Translations under genes and position numbers: made by a program
Shown: piece after piece, positions 33,229 through 45,613 of the stretch
Position numbering within the stretch: position 1 is the first letter of the stretch
Layout of the letters: every line of letters begins with the position of its first letter
The notes under the pieces: generated by a model
Told to the model about the DNA's origin: nothing
Databases searched by the model: none
What the model saw: the letters and a program-made list of their open reading frames with translations, nothing else
Assembly (NCBI GenBank): GCA_964016885.1
Contig: CAXHJY010000264.1
Coordinates: 124,001-188,000, forward strand
Reading direction: 5' to 3'
Length of the DNA stretch: 64,000 nucleotides
From: Eledone cirrhosa
Lineage: Eukaryota

Positions 33229-33345
33229 AATCCAAAGAAAGAATCCTTTAGACACAGAAGCAAGAGGTCCAACACTGGTCTAGCTGAGTCTGGAGGCTCA
33301 AGGATGAGGACCGGAACTTCAAACTGAGGTGGAAAATTCTCCGTA
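33229..33345 (+). pseudogene. Fragment of a Penelope-like element GIY-YIG endonuclease
   Basis: With one frameshift it reads ESFRHRSKRSNTGLAE/VWRLKDEDRNFKLRWKILR, which resembles the PLE GIY-YIG pattern SF+H....T.LS..+W.LK......W.IL. Flanked by (TA)n. Confidence 0.6.
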
Positions 33346-33444
33346 TTGTATATATATATATATGCATGTGTGTATATATGCAAGTGTGTATGTACATGTG
33401 TGTATGTACATGTATAATTTCTATGTGTTAGAGAGAGTGTGTGC

Positions 33445-35110
33445 GTAGACAGGGAGGAGGAGGGTGATTTGGTCGAGGAACAATAAGGTAGATGAGACAA
33501 TTAAGGCTAAGAGACAGACATGGAAGAATGGAGGAAACAGTATACTACATAGAGGCCAGGAGGGAAGCTAGACGACAAGTATATTTGGCAAAGAGAGAAT
33601 AAAAAATACAAGCATGTTTTGCAACGTGAGGACCAGAAACAGAAGGTGTTCAGGATTGCGAGGCAGTGTGTCAGAAAGAATTGTGATGTCATTGGAGAGA
33701 ATTGTATCCAGAATGATAAAGGTGAGCTTGCCCTCACAAGTGCTGAGAAGAAAGCTGCGTGGAAGAGCCATTATGAAAGATTACTAAATGAGGAAAATGC
33801 ATGGGAGAAAGAGACCCTACCCCAAGTGGACCCTACAGAGGGCCCAGCTGTACAAGTTAGCAGCAGTGTAGTAAGGCAATTAAGGATATGAAGACTGGGA
33901 AAGCAGTCGGTCCATCAGAAATAGTTGCTGAGATACTGACAGCATCTGGGTTGGTAGGTCACACCATAACCACCCATATTGTTAACCAAGTAACACTAGA
34001 TGGTGTCATACCAAATGAGTGGCACAGCAGCAATACTAACAATTGCTACAAGGGTAAAGGAGATGCACTAGATAGAGGAAACTATAGAGGTTATACCAAG
34101 TCATGAAAGTAACGTAAAGAGTTATAGCACAGTTGATTAGGGACCGGATAAAACTAGATGAGATGCAGTTTGGATTGGTGCCACTGATGCTCTCTTCCTT
34201 GTGAGACAGTTACGAGAAAAGTACCTAGCTAAAAGTAAGCCTCTCTACCTGGCATTTGTTGATCTGGAGAAGGCTTTTGACAGAGTGCCCTGTGCTATAA
34301 TCTGGTGGGCTCTTAGAAAACTTGGAGTAGATGAATGGCTTCTGAAGGTTGTCAAGCCATGTATAGGGGAGCAGTCAGCAAAGTTAGGACTAACAATGAC
34401 TATAGCGAGGAATTTAGGATAAAGGTTGGTGTCCACCAGGGCTCTGTTATTAGCCCTCCCCTGTTTATTATAGTATTGTAGGCAATAACAGAGGAGTTTA
34501 AGACCAGCTGCCCATGGGAACTCCTGTATGCAGATGATCTCACACTTATAGCTGAATCTATGGAGGAACTAGAGAAGAAATTCCAAACATGGAAGCAGGG
34601 ACTAGAAAGAAGGGGTCTCAAAGTCAACCTGACAAAGACTAAGGTCCTTGTAAGTAGACGAGAAAACAGAACCCAGATCCCCTCAGGGAAATGGCCTTGC
34701 TCAGTATGTAGGAAAGGTGTAGGTAGGAATTCCATCCTCTGCCCCAAATGCCATCAATGGGTACACAAGAGATGTAGCGGGATCTCCGGAAGCTTAACTA
34801 AGTATGTAGGCTTCACATGTAGCAGCTGTGCTGGGACAGCAAGCAGCAAACAGCCACAGCAAACAAGTACCACCAATCTCTGGGAGGGCTCTGTAGAAAC
34901 AGTAGACAGCTTCTGTTACCTAGGTGACCGAATTTGGAGCGGAGGTGGGTGTTCGGAAAGTACAGTAACCAGGGTAAGAATGGGATGGAAGAAGTTCAGG
35001 GAGCTACTGCTAGCTGCAAAAGGCTTTTGCCCTCTAAATGAAAGGTAGACTGTATGATGTATGTATACGAACAGCAATGTTACATGGTAGCGAGACCTGA
35101 GGGTTGTGTT
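33445..35110 (+). mobile_element. Internal fragment of a decayed RTE LINE (subfamily C), truncated at both ends
   Basis: ORFs 33619-33891, 33888-34106, 34201-34422 and 34560-35048 are homologous to the other RTE copies. LLYADD is present near 34520. PHD-like finger CSVC..CPKC..VHKRC..CSSC. Confidence 0.92.
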
Positions 35111-35409
35111 AGAAGATAAATTTAAGGCCTTTTAATTTGTTTTAGCCACAGTGTTTCTGGCCATGCTGGAACACCACCTACAGTGTTGAATTTGGTTGTC
35201 ACCATTTCTTTAGTATAAATTGGTAATTGTTAAGTCCATTGGTAGATGTTGATCTTCTCAGGTTATAGATGGCTGGGTCGCTACATCTTCATCAGAAGTT
35301 TTTAAGTTAAGCTATGACAATGTACTGTATTGCTGATAACCTCAAGGTTATCAGCAGTAGGTGTTTGTCACTAGATTAAGTCAAATCTGATCATTTTTTT
35401 ATGCATAAT

Positions 35410-35480
35410 TTGCACATGGCCTAGTTGTTAGTGTTTGAACTCACAATCATAAGATCTTGGGTTGTATTCCTGGACTGGAC
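35410..35480 (+). mobile_element. Degenerate tRNA-derived SINE head
   Basis: A-box-like TGGCCTAGTTGT and B-box-like GGTTGTATTCC at tRNA-like spacing. Confidence 0.5.
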
Positions 35481-35701
35481 GGGGAAAATAATATATTTCA
35501 TGTTGCTATATCTGCCAGTCACAACTACTGGCAGATAGTATTAGAAATGGAAAAGCCAATGGGGACGTTGACACCTTGGTCTAATCTGGTGATCAGCTCC
35601 TTTCTTTTCCTTGGCTGTGAAGTATATTCCAGACCTCACAACTTTGTATAATTAGGCACATGACTGGTGATGCAGAAGTTATTGTATTTGAAAAGCAGTG
35701 T

Positions 35702-36048
35702 ACTCGATCTGTGATCGTGTGTTAAAACTAAAACAATTAAATCATGGAAGAGTCATTTTAGCCACAGTTGTACATGTCTGGCAGGTGACTTGATCTGAGA
35801 CTGTGTTGAAACTAAAACAATTACATTATGTAACAGTCAGTTTAGCCATTCAAAAACACACCACAATAAATGCTAAAGTTCACTATACATTTATCATTTA
35901 TTTCTAGGGATCAAAACTCTTGTTGCATTGTTTGCAACCCACTCATTGACATAATTCCACTGCAAACTGTAATTTTCAACACCAAGAAATAAATGATAAA
36001 TGTAAAATGAACTTTATCAATTATTGTTTTTCAATAGCTAAAATGACT
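35702..36048. repeat. ~86-bp tandem duplication followed by an imperfect ~65-70 bp inverted repeat (35835-35905 / 35985-36048)
   Basis: GATCT..GTGTT.AAACTAAAACAATTA..AGTCA.TTTAGCCA occurs twice. ACATTTATCATTTATTTCT pairs with AGAAATAAATGATAAATGT. Confidence 0.75.
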
Positions 36049-36289
36049 TCCACAATGTACATAACTAATTTCTTGCAGTCGAAGATGCTCCAATGTGAAT
36101 GCAGCCTCATTTTCAGTTGATAAATTTTGAAAAGAAGTTTAACCTAAAATGACTAACAATCTTTGATCACCAAGATGCGGTGTAAATTTTCAAGGCTTAT
36201 TTTAAGAGGGAAAACCCAACCCCACCGAACATTTTCCATATAAGGATACACGGTAGCTGAGTTATATAATTCTCTAGTGCTGGTAATCT

Positions 36290-36540
36290 ACACAATAAAG
36301 GCACCTGGTACATACTGTAATGTGGTTGGTGTTAGGAAGGGCATCTAGCCTTTTGGTTTGTGTCAAAAGACATGACAACTTCGCCCTTGATAATTACTGT
36401 ACATAAGTGAGATACAGACCTCTCCGGGCCTATCTGGGATATCAGTGGCCCCACTTCAGTCCTGACTTAGTCGATGTAGACATATCTAAGGGAAAGTGGA
36501 TGAAAGTTAAATGATGATGATGACGATGGTGATGATGATA
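36290..36540 (+). mobile_element. Degenerate bipartite RTE-derived/SINE remnant (GGAAGGGCATC motif plus (GAT)n tail)
   Basis: ACTGTAATGTGGTTGGTGTTAGGAAGGGCATCTAGCC, followed downstream by GGAAAGTGGATG..AAATGATGATG. Confidence 0.6.
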
Positions 36541-36685
36541 GTAAACTAATATAAACTGACCATTTAAATATTAGGCTATTGCTGTATATTTATTATTACT
36601 GTAAAAAGATTGTTGTTGAAGGAGTGTGAAGAACAGAAGGTTTTGGTGGTGGTACCTTACATTGTTCTGGTCTATTTCCAGTATA

Positions 36686-36920
36686 GGTGTAGTCATGGCT
36701 GAATAGTTAAGGAGTTTGCTTTGAAACCATATGGTTCGGGTTTGATCCTCCCACTATATGGGACCTGAGGTAGACCTACTATAGTCTTAGGTTTACCAAT
36801 GCCTTGTGGGTAGAATTTGGTAGATGGAAACTGTGTGTGTGTGTGTGCGTCTGTGTGTGTCTGTGTGTCTGCAAGCAGGGAAAAGCGGACGTAAAGTGAA
36901 ATGATGATGATGAAATGATG
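36686..36920 (+). mobile_element. tRNA-derived SINE (octopus-type) followed by a (GT)n run and an RTE-type tail
   Basis: A-box-like TGGCTGAATAG, B-box-like GGTTTGATCC, body CCAATGCCTTGTGGGTAGAATTTGGTAGATGGAAACTG, tail GCAAGCAGGGAAAAGCGGACGTAAA..TGATGATG. Confidence 0.7.
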
Positions 36921-37252
36921 ATATACATATATATTTATACATATATATATATTTATATACATACATATATATATATGTATATACATATATATTTATACAT
37001 ATATATATTTATACATACATATATATATATATATATATACAAATGAATATACGATAGGGATAAACACTGATACAAGTATATATGTGTTTGCATTGCAAAT
37101 GACCAAGTTAGCTAGATTGAAAAATACTAATTAAAATAATACGGTTTGCCTGCCTCGATTTAAAATAATAAATCAATAAAAACAAACCTATATTGGCAAT
37201 AGCCGTGATACCTGGACAAATTTTAAATTTCAAATCTGTTTCGCAACAAAAC

Positions 37253-40200
37253 GCTTGCATGGGTTTGGACGGGAGTTTTCCCACTTGAGGCAAGAGTGGT
37301 TGTCTTGCTCGCATAGGACTGTCTGGCGGGTTTTCTACGGCTGGATGCCCTTCCTAACACCAACCACGTTTACAGTGTGGACTGGGAGGTTTTTACTGTG
37401 TTGCCTACACGGCCACATTACAGCGTGGACTGTGTGTGTTTTTTGTCGTGACACCTACACGACCTCATTTGTTTCGGACTGGATGTTGTGGTACCAACAT
37501 AACTTTACATTGAAAGGGGTGGTGAGGATGAGGTGGGGGTAGTGGGACGGGGTGTATTTTTGTTAGAGGTGCCTACTGACTGTAGTAGGTTTCACTTTGT
37601 AATTAGGTAAGGCGGGTCTTCTGTATTACTGTGTAGCGCCAAAGATCTCAGTCCAGTGACATTGTCTTGGAGAGGTGTAAGTGTGTGAGGTCGGAATTTA
37701 TCAAGTCGTCCCAGGTTTTTCTGGGTCTGCCTACTCCGTGGCTACCGTCTATTTTTATTGCCCTGCACTTTTTTATACAGCTATCGTCTTTCATGCGCAT
37801 CACGTGACCATACCAACGTAATCTTCTCTCAAGTAAACAACATCTGATCCCTCTTATTTCTAATTTTTCCCTTAGTTCGTTTATGCTTTGCCGTTCACGT
37901 ATATTACTATTACACATCCAGCGGAGCATGCAAGCTTCGTTCCTCTCCAGTCTGCATATATCCTCTGCACACAATGCCCAGGTCTCACTGCCATGTAACT
38001 TTGCTGTTCGTATGCAGGCATCATACAGCCTGCCTTTCATTTTTAGAGAGAACCCTTTAGCGGCTAATAGTGGTATAAGTTTCTGAACTTTTTCCATCCC
38101 GTTCTGACTCTAGCTTCTGTACTTTCAGAGCACCCTCCACCACTGCTGATTTTGTCGCCCAAGTAACGGAAGGTGTCCACTATTTCTATAGAACCATCTG
38201 GGCAATGGAATGAGCTAGTATTCTGTGGGCACTTGCTGCTACTTATTGCACCAGAGCACCGCCCACATATAAAATCTAAGTTCTTAGTTAGCTTACCTGT
38301 GATCCCACTACATCTTTTATGCACCCATACTTTGCATTTGGGACATAAAATGGAGTTTCTACCTACGCCTTTCCTACACACTGAACATGGCCATTTCCCG
38401 GAAGGGACCGGCGCCTTATTTTCTTTCCTACAAACTAGAACTTTAGTCTTAGCCAGGTTAATTTTAAGGCCTTTTGATTCTAGGCCATGCTTCCATGTTT
38501 GGAATTTCTTCTCTAGCTCAGCCATTGATTCAACTATGAGCGTTAGATCATCTGCGTATAGGAGTTCACATGGGCAGCCGGTCTTGAACTCCACTGTTAT
38601 AGCCTGAAGGGCAATAATAAATAGTAGGGAGCTAAGAACAGAGCCCTGATGAACACCAACTTTTACGCTAAACTCTTCACTATATTCGTTGTTAATTCTA
38701 ACCTTGCTGACTGTTTCTTTATACATGGCTTCTATAGCTCTCACAAGCCATTCGTCAACACCTAGTTTTCTAAGAGCCCACCAGATAATGGAACGGGGAC
38801 TCTGTCGAAGGCTTTCTCCAAGTCGACAAAAGCTAAGTATAGGGGTTTACTTTTAGCTAGGTACTTCTCCTGTAGTTGTTGTACAATGAAAAGAGCGTCT
38901 GTGGTACTTTTGCCTGACACAAACCCGAACTGCATTTCATCTAGATCAATTCTCTCTCTGATTAGTTGCGCTATTACTTTTTCCGTGACCTTCATGACCT
39001 GGTCGATTAATTTAATGCCTCTATAGTTACTCCTATCTAGGGCATCTCCTTTACCCTTGTAACAGTTAATGATGATGCTGCTACGCCAGTCCTTCGGAAC
39101 AACCCCATTCTGTATGACTTGGTTTACCATCCAGGTGACCATGGTGTGTCCCACCGTTCCAAAGGCTTTCAGCATCTCAGCAACTATTTCCGAAGGCCCA
39201 GCCGCCTTACCCGTCTTCATATCTTTGATTGCCTTACTTATTATACTACCTTCGACTAACACTGCTGGTCCCTCTATTGGGTCGATGTGGGGGAGACTGT
39301 CTTTCTCCCATTTATTCTCCTCATTTAGTAGCCTTTCGTAGTGACACTTCCAAGCTACCTTCTGATCAGCGTCAGTGATGGCAAGTACACCATCATCATT
39401 AAGGACACACTTCTCCCCGACAATATCATGGTTTTCCTTGACACATTGTCTAGCAATCCTGAACACCTCACGTTTTTGGTCCTCGCGTTGTAGAACATGC
39501 TTGAACTTTCTTTCCTCTGCTTCCCTTCTTGCGAAGTACACTTGTCTCCTAGCTTCCCTCCTGGCCACTTGATAGTCTTCTCTACTTGCCCCATCCTGCC
39601 ATACTTTCCAAGCCTGCTTTTTGGCCTTGATTGTCTATTCCACCTTACTGTTCCACCACCATGTTACTCTCCTCCTGCCTACAGGCCTGCTCCAGCCACA
39701 GACTTCATCTGCCGCCATTAGCAGGTTTGCTTTCAGGAATTCCCACTGTTCCTCTATATTGTACGACTCTAATTGCTCTTCCTTACTGTCGAAAGCATCA
39801 AGTAATATGCTTTTAAATTTATTTCTGGCTGTGGGGTCCTTTAGCTTCCATATTTTTCTCCTGAGGATAGTCCTCTTCTGCTGTCTATTACGTCTCGTCC
39901 TGACTATTAGGTCGCTAATTATCAGTCTATGTTGGGAGGTGCATTCTTCATGGGGGATTTAGTGTTTACAACAGACACTCTGTCACGTCTTCTGGTAAGG
40001 ATATAATCTACCTGGCTTGTGTGTTCCCCCGATCTATAGGTGATCAGGTGATTGTCTCGTTTTTTGAAGTTAGTGTTACAGATAGTTAGGTTATTTGCAT
40101 CACAGAATTCCAGGATTCTGGAGCCTTCCTCATTTCTAGTACCAAACCCATAGCCTCCATGGATTCCGTCATAGCCGTCACAATGTTGTCCAACGTGACC

Positions 40201-41310
40201 ATTTAGGTCGCCTGCAATAATTATATAGTCACTGTCGGTTATTTGGGAGGTAGTGAGCATCAGTGTCTCATAGAATCTGTCTTTTATAGTGCCGGGCAGT
40301 CCGGATTGGGGTGCGTACGCAGATATTACTGTCACCGTAGTTCTATTGAGGACAAGTCTTATTTTCATTATTCTGTCGTTCACTCTATTTACATCTATTA
40401 TCTCTTATCTGCCCACTTTTCTGCTACCATCATTCCTACTCCACCCAGCCCATTGTCATTTCCCACCCAGAAAAGCTTATAGCATCGTTCTTTACCCACA
40501 ATGAATTTAGCAGACCCACCCCTCCACCTGGTCTCTTGAATACAACAACCTCCTTACGTTCAAGCATTTCTACAACCTCGTTAGAGCGACCCTTTAAGGT
40601 GCCTACATTCATGGTACCAACTCTGAAGTTTTGGATTGCGTTTGGAGGTTGGGAGCGGTGGGGTGCGAGGGGGAGGGGGGAGATGGGGTTATGTTAGCCA
40701 TCCGCGGCCGAAATAAAGAGGAGGAGTGCTCGCATTCTTGTCCACGAGGTGAATTTGTCTTTATCTTTGGCATTATCGCTGAGCGTCCAGATTTTTCTCT
40801 CTTCGACTCTCCAGAATTCCGTAGTCCGTCCATCATATCGAAAGGTAACCAGGTAAACGATAGTATAGGCCTCTAACTTATGATTGGTCCATGTAATAAT
40901 GGTGGTGCGTGGGGGCAGGTGGGAGGGATGTTGGGTTGTTAGCGAGAAGGTAAGGTTTAAATAAGATCCCCGTATTTTGGGCATAATTTAACAAGCATTA
41001 ACAAAAATACAAGATTTGTTTTGGAAAATACGAGAGGGTATCGAGTAGAAAGGCAAAGATTGGATTCGGGGGGAAAAGATGATAGAGAATGCCGAATGGA
41101 TGGAATAAGGAATTAAAAATGGAGAGGAGAATGAAGAAAATTTGTACGTTACATTATACCATGAATAGGAATTTCGCGGATGTGATTTTTCGTACTTGTA
41201 GGGTTTATCTTATATATATAGATAGAGAGGGGGGGGGGGGGGGGGTTGGCCGCGAACCAGCATGATGTAGGGGGGGGGAGAAGATAGGAGGGAGCAGAGG
41301 TTAAGAGTTT
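37253..41310 (-). mobile_element. Near full-length but frameshifted RTE LINE (family A): 5' UTR, APE endonuclease, RT with PHD-like insert, 3' UTR lacking the extreme tail
   Basis: APE motifs NVGTL, QET, SAYAPQ, GDLNGHVG, SQVDYIL (39922-40383). RT motifs in 38762-39568 and 38064-38744 (LLYADD). C-terminus in 37648-38097. The 5' boundary is approximate. Confidence 0.95.
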
Positions 41311-41350
41311 AAATATATATATATATATTATATATATATATATATTATAT

Positions 41351-41405
41351 CAAACCCATGCAAGCATGGAACATGGACGTTAAACGATGATGATGATGAT
41401 GATGA

Positions 41406-41406
<1 letters not shown>
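41351..41406 (+). mobile_element. Orphan 3' tail of RTE family A
   Basis: AAACCCATGCAAGCATGGAACATGGACGTTAAAC(GAT)n matches 33043-33096. Confidence 0.8.
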
Positions 41407-41438
<32 letters not shown>

Positions 41439-41449
41439 ATGACCATGCT

Positions 41450-44400
41450 GTAAAATGGAGGGGTAGAGAGGGCCCTTGAGTCTAGTAAGACATCCTCTCT
41501 AGTGTTGGTGGCACAAATAAAAGCACTGAGTCCATGCTGTAAAGTGGCGCTGGTGTTAGGAAGGGCATCCAGCCAGTGTATCACTGCCAAAACTCTTATC
41601 AGCACAGCAACAAATAGGAACAACAACAAAATATGAAGACGTCGCATCTCAGAGTTGCAACACTTAATGTTGGCACTCTCAGAGGTAGATCTGCTGAAAT
41701 AGCGGAGATGCTGGAGAGAAAGCAGGTGGATGTGTGCTGCGTGCAAGAGGTAAGATGGAGAGGTGCCTCTGCGAGACTAGTCGTAGGAAAGCGTCTTAGC
41801 TATAAGCTATTCTGGGTAGGTAAGGATGATAGGCTAGGGGGAGTAGGCATTTTCCTGGCTGAGAAATGGATCAATAAGACAATAGAGGTAGTTCGAGTTA
41901 GTAATCGAATAATTAAGCTTAGATTAGTTGTAGGTAGGAGACTACTGACAATCATCTCGGCCTATGCTCCCCAAGCAGGCCTAGGCAAAGATGAGAAAGA
42001 CTGCTTTTATGAGCAACTTTTGCAAACAACCGCAATGACAGAGGACGGAGACATCGTTATGCTAGCAGGAGACTTCAATGGTCATGTTGGACAGCTCCAG
42101 GATGGTTACACTGGGGTACATGGTGGGCACGGTTACGGTTCAAGAAAAGAAGAAGGAGTGAGACTTCTTGAATTTTGTGATGCAAGTACATTGACTATTT
42201 GCAACACAAACTACCAGAAACCTGCCAATCACCTAATAACCTACAAATCTGGTGAGCACATAAGCCAGATTGACTTCCTGCTAGTTAGGCAGCGGGACAG
42301 GCAGATAGTGTCTAATACCAAGGCATACCCTGGGGAAGAATGTACCCCACAGCATAGGTCAGTTGTTAGTGATATCTCAGTAAGCAAGAGATGGAATGAG
42401 ACATATAGGAAAGTGTGGAGAAGAAAGGTCTGGAAGCTAAAAGACCTTTCACTAAAATACAAATTTAGGAAAGCCCTTCAAGATGTATATGACGAAAAAG
42501 AAAACGATTTAGAGACGTATGACATAGATAATAACTGGAATTTCTTACGTGACAACTTGCTGCAGGCTACTGATGAAACCTGTGGCTGGAGCAGAGCTCC
42601 AACCAGACAGAGAGTGACCTGGTGGTGGAACAGCACAGTAGATAAGGCTATTAGAGACAAAAGACTAGCATGGAAGGCTTGGAAAAAGGGTGGGAGTAGG
42701 GAAGAATATACAGCCACTAAGAGAGAAGCTAGACGTCAAGTGTACTTAGCACGCAGGGAGGCAGAGAGTAGGAGGTTTGCCAATGTTCTGCGACGGGAAG
42801 ATCAGAGGCGTGCGGTGTTCCACATTGCAAGGCAGTGTGTCAATGCAAATCAGGATGTTGTTGGGGATAAATGTGTCCGGGATGATGCCGGTGTACTTAG
42901 TGTCACGAATGATCAGAAAAAGGAGGCCTGGAAATGTCATTATGAGAGACTGATGAATGTGGAGAACGAATGGGAGAGAGAGAAATTACCCTTGGTGGAT
43001 CCGACAGAGAGACCAGCTATTGAGATTGACGAATATAGGGTCCAAGAGCCGATTAGGGAAATGAAAAATGGTAAGGCTGCCGGACCATCGGGAATAGTTG
43101 CTGAGATGCTGAAGGCATCAGGGGACGTAGGCACTAAACTGGTTGCACGCATCATCAATCAGGCTATATATGGTGGTGTCATACCCAAAGACTGGTGCAG
43201 CACTATTCTCATAAATTGGTACAAAGGTAAAGGGGATGCTTTGGAGAGGAGCAATTATAGGGGTATAAAACTGATAGATCAGGTTATGAAAGTGGCAGAA
43301 AGGATTTTAGCACAACTAATTAGAGAAGGGGTCAAACTAGATGAGATGCAGTTTGGTTTTGTGCCTGGGAAGAGTACAACAGATGCCCTCTTCTTGGTGA
43401 GACAAATGCAAGAGAGGTTCTTAGAGAAGAATAAGCCACTATACTTAGCCTTTGTTGACCTAGAGAAGGCCTTTGATAGGGTACCCCGATCTGTCATCTG
43501 GTGGTCCCTAAGGAAGCTAGGTGTTGAGGAATGGCTTGTGAGGACAGTGCAAACTTTGTACAGAGGTACTCTGAGTAAAGTCAGGGTAGGAATGGAGTTT
43601 AGTGAGGAATTCCAGATACAAGTAGGAGTACATCAGGGTTCGGTCCTCAGCCCGCTCTTGTTCATTATAGTCCTCCAAGCCACAACAGAGGAGTTTAAGA
43701 CTGGCTGTCCATGGGAACTTCTCTACGCTGGTTCCTACTGGTTCTTATAGCAGAATCAGTAGAGGAGCTAGAGAATAAATTCTGGCTATGGAAACAGCAG
43801 TTGGAAGCAAGAGGACTGAGAGTGAATGTAGCTAAGACAAAAGTGTTGATGAGTAGAAAAGAGGACAAAACCCTGATTCCGTCAGGGAAATGGCCATGTT
43901 CGATATGCAGAAAAGGAACTGGCATAAATTCTATAAAATGCACACAATGCAGATCCTGGGTACACAAGATATGTAGCGGGATAGCAGGCAAACTAACAGG
44001 TAGGGAGAAATATGTATGCAGTAGATGTACAGGGAAATTAGACAGTAGAAGTCGCATTGATAGACACATTTTTCAAATGCAAGAGGCCGCTATAGAAGTG
44101 GTGGATAGCTTCCGGTACCTAGGAGATCAGATTAGCATGGGAGGAGGGTGTTCCGAGGCCATAGTATCTAGAATAAGGACGGGTTGGAAGAAGTTTAGGG
44201 AGCTGCTTCCTCTGTTAACGAAGAAGGGTTTCTCCCTGCGTACGAAAGGCCGGTTGTATGATGCCTGTGTGAGGAGCGCGATGCTGCATGGGCAGCAACT
44301 GCAGAGGATATGCGACGGCTGGAGAGAAATGAGGCAAGCATGCTCCGTTGGATATGTCCGTTGTAAATGTGCGTGAACGACCCAGCATAAATGTGTTGAG

Positions 44401-44714
44401 AGAGAAACTGTGTCTGAGAGGGATAGAATGTAGTGTACGGGAGAGAAGACTGAGGTGGTTTGGACATGTGATGCGCATGGAGGATGACCGATGGGTGAAG
44501 AAGTGCCAGGAATTGCCAGTTGAAGGAAGACGTGGTAGAGGTAGACCATGAAAAACATGGGCGGAGGTGGTGAGAACAGACCTCAGATCATTGAAGCTCA
44601 CGGTGGAGATGACGAAGAACCGTGATGAGTGGAGAGATGGCTGTGTTGAATAAGACCCGTCCCACCCTTGCAAGCAGGGAAAAGCGGACGTAAAATGATG
44701 ATGATGATGATGAT
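41450..44714 (+). mobile_element. Near full-length RTE LINE (family B), inactivated at the RT catalytic site
   Basis: 705-aa APE+RT ORF, then frameshifted C-terminal segments, a very short 3' UTR and an (ATG)n tail. Confidence 0.95.
41633..44650 (+). pseudogene. RTE ORF2-type polyprotein (APE endonuclease + reverse transcriptase + PHD-like finger), disrupted
   Basis: LNVGTL, VQEVRW, GDFNGHVG, SQIDF, KAAGPSG, NYRGIKL, FVDLEKAFD, HQGSVLSP. YADD is replaced by YAGS at a frameshift (43724-43747). Further indel near 44290 and a stop near 44549. Confidence 0.92.
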
Positions 44715-44746
<32 letters not shown>

Positions 44747-44818
44747 ATTATATAAATATATATTATATATATATATATTATATTATATATATTATATATA
44801 TTATATATTATATATATA

Positions 44819-44853
<35 letters not shown>

Positions 44854-44855
<2 letters not shown>

Positions 44856-45600
44856 CATCATCATCATTTTACGTCCACTTTTCCGGTGGGACGGGGTGTA
44901 TTTTGTTAGAGATGCCTACTGGCAAGGCGGGTCTTCTCTGTTACTGAGTACCGCCAAAGGTCTCGGTCCAGTGACATTGTCTTGGAGAGGTGTAAGTGTG
45001 TGAGGTCGGAGTTTATCAGCTCGTCCCAGGTTTTTCTAGGTCTGCCTATTCCGTGGCTACCGTCTATCTTTATTGCCCTGCACTTTGTTATACAGCTATC
45101 GACTTTCATGCGCATCACGTGACCATACCAACGTAGCCTTCTCTCGAGTAAACAACATCTGATCCCTCTTATTTCTAATTTCTTCCTTAGTTCGTTTATG
45201 CTTTGCCGTTCACGTATATTACTATTACACATCCAGCGGAGCATGCAAGCTTCGTTCCTCTCTAGTCTGCGTATATCCTCTGCACACAATGCCCAGGTCT
45301 CACTGCCATGCAACATTGCTGTTCGTATGCAGGCATCGTACAACCTGCCTTTCATTTTTAGGGAGAACCCTTTAGCAGCTAATAGTGGTATAAGCTCTCT
45401 GAACTTTTTCCAACCAGTTCTGACTCTAGCTACTGTACTTTCAGAGCACCCTCCCCCACTGCTGATTTTATCGCCCAGGTAACGGAAGCTGTCCACTATT
45501 TCTATAGAACCCTCTGCGCAAATGAAAGAGCTAGTATTTTGTGGGCACTTGCTGCTACTTATTGCACCAGAGCACCGGCCACATGTAAAATCTATGTTTG
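44854..45600 (-). mobile_element. 3' fragment of RTE family A with a deleted 3' UTR joined to a family B-type tail
   Basis: ORF 44906-45496 (FRYLGDKIS...RRLRWYGH...GRPRKTW). The minus strand reads ...CCCGTCCCACC|GGAAAAGTGGACGTAAAATGATG. Confidence 0.9.
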
Positions 45601-45613
45601 TGTATATATATAT

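Noticed and set aside
35254-35298. Minus-strand CTGATGA-AGATG...CATCT hammerhead-like motif
   Set aside because: The GAAA box reads ATAA and stems I/III are not convincing.
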